64,000 nt of DNA from Candidatus Omnitrophota bacterium (lineage in GTDB: Bacteria > Omnitrophota > Gorgyraeia > Duberdicusellales > 4484-171). Below the pieces are notes generated by a model. The model was not told where the DNA came from, ran no database searches, and saw only the letters and a program-made list of their open reading frames with translations. Made by a program: the position numbers and the translations under genes. The stretch spans positions 7,851 through 71,850 of the forward strand of contig JAAEQW010000139.1 of NCBI GenBank assembly GCA_024231025.1, written 5' to 3'. Of the stretch, positions 15,001 to 27,000 are shown one piece after another; the stretch's first letter is position 1, and each line of letters opens with the position of its first letter.

Positions 15001-18000
15001 CGAATCAATGTCTCGAATCATACCTGGTCTGGCACCAATAACCTGATAATGGCGATTTCTTTGCTGTTGGTTTTCTGCTTGCCTCACCCATTCCTGAATT
15101 GCAAATGGTATTAAAAGAATAAATGGCAGCGGAAACAACAAAACAACACCCAAAATATAAATAATAAAATGCAGCCCTAAATCAATGAGTCTTTTTAACG
15201 AAGCGTATGGTTTTGTTTCTTTCCAGTTTTGAGGAATTACCTTTAATGGAAAGGCAACTAATAAATATAATGGGTGACCCACTAAATGCAACAATTCATG
15301 AGGATACCTCAAAGTAAAAAACCACTTGTCTCTTTGGTTTTGCAGAGCTAGGCGATTAATCGTGACTCTTCTGCCGTCAAAATGACAGAATATCTGCTCT
15401 GATCCGCTTTTCTCAAAAGCCGTTCCCTCCCATTTCCCCAAGAGATACGATTCGCCCAATAAAATAAGGCCTATCGCAGCAAAAACCCCTATCACAGCAA
15501 AAACCCCCATCGCAGACTTAACAAACAATGCAAACCCAAGAGCAATTATAAGGCAGGTTGTTGCTGCCTGTCTTGCCCCCAAAGAAGAAATATTCTTTGA
15601 TTGGTCTTCGATTTTAGCGCCAATCCAAAAAGCAGAATCTCCTAATTGAAAAAGGGTCAACTCGCTATAACCGACAACATAACAAAAATAATTACCGGGA
15701 AGCTCACAATATATCTCTTGAAGTAAACCTGACGGTAATATGCGCCTGACCAATACATTGCTGATCGCTCGCACTCTCTCTTTGTCAAATTCAAAAACTT
15801 TAGTATCTTTATTTGGATCTAACCCCCAAACTAACTCCCCAACCAAATGGGCATATCCGCGATCAAATAGCTCTTCAATCAAAGAGTTCTGAGTAATTAA
15901 TTCAGTAACCGCAATAAACCGATCTATTTCCTCAGCACTAAGATTGCTCCTCATTAATCCAGACATTGAGCGTAGATCGCTCAACCTGTAAATTAAATTA
16001 ACTAACTTATCATTTACATTTTTTTTTGCCTCTTTAAAGAAAGGATAACCAAAACACTGGCCTAAAAGTTTGATGACCCCATCAATTGACTGCTTAAGTT
16101 TGTCGACTGATCCAATTGAAATTTCTATATTTTCCATGCGAGAACGTATCTTGCGACTATCTGGATAACGATCATCGACTACTTCAGACTCACTAGGTGG
16201 AATTGGATTCCCCAAAACCCGTAAATCAAAACCATCTCTAAAGCCTGAACGAGAACCAACCATTACGTTGTAATCCTCCTCATTGCTAATAATAACTACA
16301 AACCGTATCGCACCTGGATATTCGTGCCTTTCTGATACACTTACTAACAAGTCCAAAAACTCATTGCGGCCAAATTCCGATAATCCTGCCTCAACCACCA
16401 AAGGAATAATTATTTCCAGCTGGGTTACATCTTCGCCTTTATACCCCTCGCCTTCTACCTTAATCAAACCTTCTTCATCGATGGACACTGGTTGCTCCTT
16501 CTTGTTTTCTTCTTTTTGAAATGCTCGTTTATGCGAAAGTATGCTCCTAAGTAACCGTCTTTTATCGATACCGGTTAAATCAAGCGCAAGCGGTGAAGAA
16601 AATAAACACGCTCTTGATGACTGATCAACTAATGCCGCCGCAAAATCAAAAGGAGATTCAGTCAACACCAAGATACTTCTTGGTGACTCCACCTTACCCC
16701 ACACCGAAGCCATCCCCCCATCACCCCACTTATGTAGCTTTGCAATAACTACCAAGACATCTTCGTAAAGCGAATCTGCGCCGCCAACACGAATTTTCTT
16801 TTTTATCTCTGACAAACGCACCCAAGGTATTCCCGGATGGACTGAAAAGTATTCTGCGTGAAAATACCCTGATTCGTCAGTTGGTCGAACATAGACATTA
16901 TCTAAAGAAGATCCAAAATCCCTCCACAAAATATCTTTCAGGCAAGGATCGTAATCCACATAAACCCTACTCGAACCATCATTGGCGCATCTTAGCTCAA
17001 CTGTTGAATCAATTCCTAATCGTGGATCAGTAAAGTACTTTATAAAAGTGAATGCCGCCAAGCCACTAGCATCGCTAAAAGATTGGAAAAGACAACAGTT
17101 GTTGTTAAGGATAACGATCCACCCGGTAAGAATAAGTCTAGAAGCAACCTCGTCAGCTGATAAGACTTGCTCGTTGACTGCCCCTGCCTGCGCTAGCTCT
17201 TTCTCTAATAACTGCTCATAATCACGATCAAGCTCAAACTCAAAAGTGTCAATTGCAGTAAGAAAAATTACCAAAAGAAATGGATTTACTCGAAAATACT
17301 TGATACTATGCGCCAAAGCTTGCGAATGAGTAAAGCCATTAATAAATTCACACCATAAATCATGCAAAACAATATCATCAACAACAACACTAAAAAGGGG
17401 AGATTGATCATCACCCTCATCAAACACAGGCGCACGAGAGGCCGGAGTAGTTGATATTAGAAGTCTGCGGCTTAAACCTTCTCCAGCAATCTCAGCTAAT
17501 TTTCCACTGGGAGTTTTAAAAACAAACTTAACCTCTCCACTATCAACCAACCACTGAAACGAACCTCCTGATAAAATCTTACTAAAAGCAGCGCTGAAAT
17601 ATCTTTTGTAATTTTCTATTTCGCGATCAGTTGGCTCCTCAACCACCTCTCTTTTATCCTTGCCGGAGTAAGTTTTAGGCTTACAATTTACCGCTACAAT
17701 ACCTACCTTTTTTGCTTCCTGGATTACCGGCCAATCATGGAGCAGTCTTGCTATTTCTGCCTGGCGCGCAGCCATCGTATCTTCTAAAAGCTGATTTGTT
17801 TGCTTTTGTTCGCCTTCAAGCTGACGTATCTTCTCAGCAAGTTCTGATACCATAAACTCACTTACTCTGATTTTTCGATCTAACTCCCGCAATGGCAAAG
17901 ATGATTGTTCTGTCAATATTTTTTTGTGTTTAGTTAACAACTGATCATGATGGGTCTTTAAGCTCGTGAGTTTTAGACGCATTCGCCCTATTAACACCCT

Positions 18001-21000
18001 TTGCTTATGTTGTTTTGTTTTAATTCGGGTAATGGTTGGATTAAATTTCTTCTGTATGAATTTTTCGGCTTCCCTTAACGCTCTTCTTTCTTGTGCCAAC
18101 TTAAATGATTTCTTTTCTTCGGCTTTCCTTAACGCCTTTCTTTCTTGTGCCAACTTAAATGATCTCTTTTTTTCGGTTTCCCTTAACACTCTTCTTTCTT
18201 GCGCCAACTTAACCTCAATAACTCTTTTCTCCTCACTTAAACGATCAAACTCAACTTTTAGCGGCGCAACAAAACCTAATTCATCCCTTAAAGACGCCTG
18301 CATTTCTTTTAAGCTGGCAATTTCCATCAGACGAAATTCATGATCCACTTGATAAGATTCTAAATCTTCTATCGCCCTAAGCCATCCATCTTTGTAAGAG
18401 GCGCTATTTCTTACGTTTCTTTGAGTGAGCCTTAATTCTTCTTTTTTCTTGTTAAAGCCAATTTCATCAAAGCCAAAGGCCTGAGCCAACCTTAAAGAAG
18501 AGACAATCTCCTCTAGTTTTCTGTTGTAATCAAGAATCTCCTCTTCTTTACTTTCCAGTTTCTGATCAATCGCTTTGAGGCGCGAAATACGTTTTACTTT
18601 AGCTTGGATCAATTTTTCACCCTCTTGTTCTCCAGACAATAGCGACTCTTCCGGCTTCAGATTAGCCTCCTCCTTTAAGGCCTGATTTAGAGGTTCTTGC
18701 CGTGTCCGTATCGCAAGCGAACACTCACTAATTGCAAAGCGTAAATTTTCTAATTTCTTCTCTGTCTTCGCTAATAAAATTTCGCGGGTAAGCGCCTGTT
18801 GTTTGCTAAAATGTTTTTCTCGTTTGAATTTATCTAAAATCTGTTCAGCTAAAAACAACTTCTCATTAATCGAAGAAATAAGTTTTTTCTTATCACTGAT
18901 ATCTAAAGAAAGTTTAATAATTCTTTCCTGGATAGATTGCAAAGCGCGATCAATCTGTTCTTTCGCCTGTTTGACTGCAACAATCTTTTCTTCAATTGCA
19001 TTTAATACCTCTTTCGTCTGGACAATCAACATTTCCTGCTCTTGTAAACGTTGATAAATTGTACTGTCAAGCTTTTTGGAATGCATCTGAAAACCTAAAC
19101 TATTGTGAGCAGCAACGAACTGTGCTTTTTTATGCGCGCAATACGCGTTAGCTTTTTTCGCTCTTTCTGTTATCAAGGATATTTCTTGCTCAAGAAAAGA
19201 GTTTCTTATTCGAAAATTTCTAAACGGCTGCTCCAGCGCTACAAACTTGTCAACAGCAACTTCTACTGGTTTATCCTTAACTCGCATATACAGCTGTCTA
19301 ACATTTCGAGCTGTTTTTTGTATTTCTTCTTCAAGTAAAAGCAAACGATTCATCGCCGCTTGTTCTCGAAGGGCAAAAATCCTACTATAATGTTCGCGTC
19401 TTAAAGAAGCCCATTTTTGCTCTAAGGTGGAAATAGATTTTTTAATTTCGGATACTTTTCGAAGTTGGAGCTCCTCTTCGATAATCGCAGCCACCTCGAT
19501 AGTGACAAGATACCATTGCCTAATCGACTCGATATCCGGCTTACTGCAAATTTCCCCTCTCCATATGGCATTTTCGGACGCTAATTCATATCTTTCTTGC
19601 CTTAGAAGGCGTCTCCATCGCATAAACTCTGGACGATAGCGATAACTTTCAACAATAAAACTAAAATGATCAAGATCCCTTTTTCTCTTTTCTAATCCTT
19701 GTAAAACTTTTCCATTTGTTTGGTCCTTTAAGCTTCGTTTTCTTGCTTCTACCAAAGTTAAATTTCGTTCTTTAATACTCCTAAAAGCTAAATTATCTCT
19801 TTCTTGCGTCAATTGTCGCTCACACGCAATTAATGGTTCTTTAAAATCTTTAAACGCAGCAATACTTTCTTTCAATCTTAATCGTTTATCCTCTAAAATT
19901 CGCAACCGCTCTTGCGCCTGCACTAGAAGTTCACTATCCGCTCGCAATTCTTGCTCTAATCGCCAAGCACGCAAAGCTTTGTATTTATTTTCTAAATTTT
20001 CTCTGATTGCCGCTGCCCTGATTTTGGCTTTTTGCCAAGACAACTCCTTTTCTTCACATGCCATATAAGTCATAGAACAAGCGTCTAGACGAGCTTTACC
20101 AATCATTAACGCTCTCTTATTCTTTTTGCGATCGGCTAACGCAGCTTGGTGATTTTTTTGATCTTTTTGCAATCGAATAAGATCTTGCTCGATTTGAAGT
20201 TGTGATTCTAGCTGCCTGTCTTGTTCTTTTTTCAACTGAGCGCGTAACTGCTCGAGTTCAGAGAGAAGTTCCCCCTCGCTTATTTTTTTATTACTAAGAG
20301 TAATAACTTCTGATTTTTCTGTACTGATGGTACCATTTAACATTTTCAAGAAGTCATCAACTTCCTGATGCAATCGCCTTGATTCATCAACCTCGTGTTG
20401 AATCTGAGGCATATCATTCGCAAAGGAAGCTAACCTTTTTCTTTCTGCCTCAAGGCGTTCGGTAAGCTGCCTAACCCTGTTGGAAATTTCTCTTTGCTTA
20501 TACTCTCGCTGCCTGCAAACAGATTCAAACTGTTTTTGTTTTTCATTTTCTATTTTAGAAACTTGCTGATCTACTTCTAACCGCTGGCGAGCTATTTGCA
20601 GGTCTTGATACTGTTCGCGAAGGATTAATTCTTTTCGACTTGCGTGTCCAAGTACGTCAATAATAGTTTCTAGATCATTTTGTTTTTTTACCCGATTTTC
20701 TTTAAGGGAATTAACCTCCGAAACAAGAGCAGGCAAAACTGCTTCTTGTTCCTCCAACGCCTGAATCTGTTTATTAATTTTTTCTAATCGACGCCCTGTT
20801 TCTGCTAACTTCTCTTCACTCGATAACAGTGATTGCCTTTTAATTTCAACGTCTAGCCTTTCAATTTCCTTTGTAACTATATCCAACCTTTGAGCGGAAG
20901 GAGCCAAGTGCGCTAAACGTTCTGTTAACCCATTCTTGCGCGCAATAAGAGAGTCCACTCTACTGTACGATTGACTAACCTCAGCCATCCTCTCTGCTAT

Positions 21001-24000
21001 ACCATGCGGATCATTGGCATCAGCTAGGTAGTATTCATAGTGTTCATGAGTAAGAGTTTGTTGATCAAAGTTTAAATTTTCTGGGGTGATGGTTTCTAAA
21101 TTATTAAGGGGATTTGTTGTTGTGATATAAAGGATGGGGCCGGTATCAGAATCATCAATTATTGAGCCAAAGTCATCAACAGCGTTTTCTACCTGCATTG
21201 CCTTGGCTGCAGTAATTTGTAGTGGCGGACCTCTGCCGTTATAGCCTGCACTAGCAAGTGTTCTCTTTATTTGCGCGCCTTCTGCGACCAGGCGCTCATC
21301 TACCCAAGGGATACTTATCTCGACTACCCTGCCTAATTGGCTAGCGCTTCTTATGATCTTCTGAATCTCTTCCTTTGTGTGCCTTCCGTTTGAACCGCGA
21401 GGGCCGGTTGATTGCGGAAAAGTTTTCAATCCAAATGTATGTTTTTTTTCTTGATCAAAAGGACTAGCGGTTATCGAAGAAATTAGAAAAGGGGTTGTGG
21501 CGACAGGGAGCCTACAGCCACGGAAAGAGGCTACCACCGCCATCCACAACCTTTTATTTATTATACTACTAAATAATCCGGTTGTGTAGAAGATAAGTCG
21601 CCTACCCGCAAAAAAGACTATAAAAGCTGCAACTAAAATAGTGAAAATTTTTATACTAAAAGAAGCAACTGCAATCATTGCCAAAACGCCCAACGGCGCA
21701 AACCCATATTGATTAGCGGATGGGCCGCTCGGTTTTTTACGAATAGCTTTTAGTTTTTTGGTAATCATAAGTCTCGATAAAGGTTTTACACAAGTAGCTT
21801 TAATATTACCAGAAATATCCGAATCTATTCTAACGTTAGGTAATTTGGCAGTAAGCAAGATGTATGCTTGGGGATCAATTTTTAAAATTTCTCGCACTAT
21901 ATAAAATCTCATAAAGGGTGTTACCTTTACTGCAACGAAAATTGCATCAAAATTGCCGCCTTTAAATACTTCAATTGCACTAGATCTGTCTGTTGCCTTC
22001 TCCGCACTTTCAAGTGCACAAACAACTTCAATTGAATTATCTATTCTCGCTACTAATCTTTTGAATCTATCTAAAAAATTTCGGTTTTCATCGATAACTA
22101 GTATCCTTACTGAAACATCAGATGGCGGCAAACTTTCATTAAGTGAACCGCTTAATCCGTTCGTCTCATGAAGATAACCCCCGAATCTCTTCCATGCAAG
22201 AACGACTAACGCAAGAACAATACCAACTCCAGATGCAATCAGTATCCCAAGATCCCCATTTGCAATAAGAGGTATCAAAGGAGAAGCAGTCGCAATCGTT
22301 GCAAAAACACCTAACGGCGCAAATCCATGTTGCTTAGTAACTTGTTTTTCTGATGATTTTTCAGTAATTGTTTTAATTTCTCTCTCAAGCGCTCTCTCTT
22401 TGCTTTTTAAAATCTTTTTAGCCTCACGGATTTTATTCCCATATTCTAATATTTCACCTCTTAAATTAATCTTTGCTTGCTTTTCGATTTCACCTGTAGA
22501 ATTGCTTAACCGTTTTGCTGCTTTTTTACGAGATGCCTCTATACCCTCGATATCGCTTTTCAACGCAGTAATTTCGCGGTTTAAATTTGAAATGCTCTCA
22601 TTATCTTTAGTTACTGCGGCCAACTGACCTCTCAGTTCTTCTAGATGAGAATTTGAATCAATATCTTCTAATGCATACCCCGCGATTTTCAATTGCTTAG
22701 AGGTATTTTGCTCGCGGTCAAACGAACTCTGGTAATCACTAAAGGCTCTTTGAGCCTGGGTGGCAGCTGAGTATTGATTAATAAACTTAAGAGTATCGCT
22801 TCCTAATTTTCCTTCTTGTAGATGTTGCAAATATTGACGCGCGCTTTTCAGTTCAGCTTCTACTTCTTTAATTAACTCAAAAGTCGCAGAAGCTTCACTA
22901 TTGAGAATATCAATACGGCTATCAACTTGCGTAATCTCTCTATTTAAGCGTTCGACCTCGCGCTCGATGCCTTTTTTCTCTCTTAAAAGTTCTCTACTAC
23001 CGGCATCAATTTTCTCTAATTCTTCATACAGCTTTTTTTCTTCAATTTTTCTTAACTCTTCGCTTTTACTTGCGATCTCATTGCAAAGACTATTTACTCT
23101 ATTTGCTATTGTGCTTTCACCGAATGAAGAAAAACTATCATTAACAATTACCCGCATTATTGAAAAATCACCTCCAACATCTTTAGTAGTCTCAATTAAT
23201 AAACTGGTCATTTCTCTTTGTAAGCGTATGCGTTCATTTTCAAAATTCAATAATTGCTGGTTAGTTTTCTTCTGCTCTTCTTTAATGGACTCGCTAAGAG
23301 ATCCGATACCGTCTAACGTCAACATATTGCCCATAGGATCTTTTAATTTCCCCTTGATGCTTGCCACTCGGTCAATGAGCGGTTGCAACTTATCAAAAGG
23401 AGCGCTATCGCCGTGTTCCTTTCTAAGTGCTGCTTCTTCGTTTTCAGCCGTTTCGAGATCGGCAATAAGCTGGCGGCATCTAGCCTCCACTTTACTTAGA
23501 TTATTGGCAGTAGTCGAAAGTTTTTCGAGCTCTTCTTGCAACTGGATCTTCCTTTGCTTTAGAGAATCCATTTCCCCAAGTAATTCTTCTACTTTTTCTC
23601 GTTGAAAATTTGGATAAGTCAGGCACAATTCATCCACAACAGATTCATTTTTTAACACTCTAACCTCAGCCGCTAACTCGTGTTCAGATCTTTCATATTG
23701 GTCGAGATTGTACAGAAATTGAGCATTTTGAAAAACTAAACCCATTATCTCTTCGGTAACATCAGGATTTTCGTTAATCAACTTGATAAATTTTTTCCAA
23801 AGCGAAAGTTCACTATTGAGCTGTGCCCTTCTTTGCTCCTGTAATGTGAAAGATACCAGGGCTGCTTTTTCATTGGCGGGCAAATTATTCTGCAATTTTG
23901 GTAATTTTGTGAGTGCATCTTCTAAATCAAAAAGTTCTGTTTTTAATCGTTTTAAGACATTCTGATATTCATTTATTTCGTCAGCAAGTAAAAGCGCTTT

Positions 24001-27000
24001 CCCATCACAGATTTCCTTACGATGCTTAGAAAATTCTAGAATTTTTTCATCGAAACTGTCAATCTTTTGCCGATTTTCTCTGCGCTGGGTCGCCAATCTT
24101 GTTTTGCTCTCTTCCGCATTAGTTAATCGATCTTTCGCATTGCCTAGTGCATTTGTTTCTTGCCTGAAACCTTCTTGAAGTTCACTTACATAACTGCCTA
24201 AAGCATCAACTAAAGCTGCCTGCGCAGAGGATAAATCTTCTTTCACCTGATGAGAATCGCTTAAAGCAATTATCGTTTTCTCTAAATCACTTTTCTGATT
24301 AAGCAACTCACTCATTGCCTGTTTGATGCGCTGGCGTTGTTGATTATGTTGATGCAATGATAATTCAACCATACCATCTAAATTCTGTTTAACCTTTCTT
24401 GCCTGGTCTTCAGTATCTGATCTTTGCCTGCGTAATGTGTCTAATTGGTCGTTAAGCTTCTGTGCATCTTCTTTGGCTTTTTCTTTTTTCGCGTTAAGAT
24501 CATTTATCTGCCCGATTGTTAAAGATAAATCCTCTAATTCACTATCAATTGAAGGTACAGCTTCTAAATAATCGTTAACCTTTGACTGTAATGCTGTGGC
24601 ACGTTCACCATCAACCTTTAACTGCTGATTGTTTTCTTCGATATCACTCTCTGCCCTCTTTAAAGATCCTTTTAATTGTTCCTCTTCCTCATTAATGCGA
24701 TCAATCGTATCATCATGGGAGCGTTTCATTTCGAGCGTATCGGCATTGGCCCTTTCTATTAAGGTCTTATTGCTCTTAATCATCTCATTAAGCTCTTTTC
24801 TTATATTTTCCAATTGCTGGCTCTTGTCATCTAGAACCGCTCTTTGCTTTATAAATTTATTTTCTAACTTCTCTGTCGCATCAATTGCAACTAAAGCATT
24901 GCGGCAAACAGCAAACGCGTCTTCATCCATTGATTGCGCAGATGTATTTTCAAGATTTTCTAATCCCGCTTGCGCAAGCAAAACATCTCGTCTTAAAATT
25001 TCTAATTGCGATAACTTTTCCTCGCTCTCATTAACTATAGGCTCAAAAAGATCTGCCTGAATCTTACGTAAATCAGTAATTTTTTCACTTACATCAAGTA
25101 ACTCTCTCTCATTATCCCTTAATAATTTTTCTGCAGCTGTTAATTCTACTTGCAGTGAAGTTCGCAAAGTGCTAATTTCATTTTGTTCTTTTTGAGCAGA
25201 TACCAAATCGCTTTGCAAATTCAACTGACACGCTTGAGTTAAGGCAGGAAACTCATCTGCAACATTTTGCAGATGCTTTATTCTTTTTTGTCGTAGTTCA
25301 CACTCTAAGGCAGATAATGCAACTTTCTCTTCTTTAGTGCGTGCGGCCGTTAAACTTTTCTGATAATCATCTTCAAGGAGAAAGACCGTAGTGGTTTGCT
25401 CCGGTATTTTTACGCTTATCCCTTTTAACTCTTCGTTTTCAGCTAACAAGCGTTCACTCTGGGAGCCTTGAATCACTCGTGACATATCATCTACGCGCAT
25501 CTCTAAATCAACTAAACTCTCTAGCCTACTTGTGTATTGTTTATTTAATTGGTCTCTTTCTTCTTGCTTTGGGTCTAATTCGTCTTGGGCTTTTTTAAGT
25601 GCCTCTTCCAAAGGAGGCAGGCTTTCTTTTAGCTCTTGGCGAGTGCAAGTGTTTTTGCTTAATCTAGTTGCAATCGTCTCCCAGGCATTCACTAAAAATA
25701 ATACGGGGTCTTCGTCTGAGAGGTCTTTTTGATCATTCTTAATTTCATCGAATAAAAGTGCCCTTTTATCTTCTAATTTTTTCACTTCTTCATTTGAGCC
25801 TTTTATTTTATTTCCAACATCATTTACTTTTTCCTCGGCCTCTAAAAAGCTGTCCTCTATTGGAGATTCTTCTTTTTTGATTTTCTCTAGCGCAGTTTCA
25901 TTTTTTCTAAGTTGATTATTTTCATTGCTGAGCCTTTCCCTTAAAGAAGCTAAATCACTTTCATAACCACCTAAAATGCTTTTTAGCTCAGTTAATTTTT
26001 CTTCTAATTTATTCACTTCTTTTTGAGCTAATTGCTGCCAAGTTGAACAATCAAAATCTGCTGCTTGTGCGTCTTTGGCGCTTACCCCTATTGTTCCTAA
26101 TAGTTGCGATTGTTCCATTTTCAATCCTTCAATTTCCCTTTCTTTTTCCGCTGCTGTTACGACCTTGCGACGTCCGAATGCAGAAAGGCGCGGCGTAGAC
26201 CGCACTGACTGCCTTCTCTCAGCAATAATTAAATTATCATGTTCGTTACGTGCGATAAAAAGAGACTTTTCTATTTCTGATTTTCGAATAAGCAAAGCCT
26301 CTAAGTCCGGTGTTTGGCCTACTTGCCTACAACTATCGCGCAAAATTGCCGCTTCTTTCTCGCTTTGTTCTAACTTTTGCGTTATTTCTTCATATCCTTC
26401 GGTACATCTTTCTAGCTTTCTCTGTGCTAAAACAAACCCTTCCTCCTTTTGCTCAATTACTTCCGTTAATTGGTTGCGTTGTATTTCAAGTTGACGCCAT
26501 CGACTGCTACCCTGATCCTGGCCCATCAAAATTGTTTCTTGAAGGGCAATATTTTCTCGGATCTGATTAATTTTTGTTATTTTTTTACCTCTCTCTCCTT
26601 TTTTCGCATTAAGTGCACCCTTTAAATTCGTCAAATCACTTTCTTTTGGAACAAGTTTTGCCTCATTATCTCTAATTTTTTCATCAAGACTGCCAATATC
26701 TCCTTCGGTAGCCGCGACATCGCCTTCAATACTCTTTAGCTGCTCGTTTAGTTTTTCTACGCCATTATCTTCATCTTTTAAAAACGGTTTCTCAGCAGTC
26801 ATACTTTTTATTTCCAATGATAACCTTTTTCGCTCCTCTAATAGAAATCTATTTCGCGCTTTTGCTGATTCAACTTCCTCGCTATCGGAATCTAAATTAG
26901 CTGCCCGCAATCTATCCTCTTCCAATATATCGCTGGTTCTATTAAATTCCCCTATCGTTCGATTTAACTCCTCGAAATCAGCAATTTTTTCTCGCAATCC

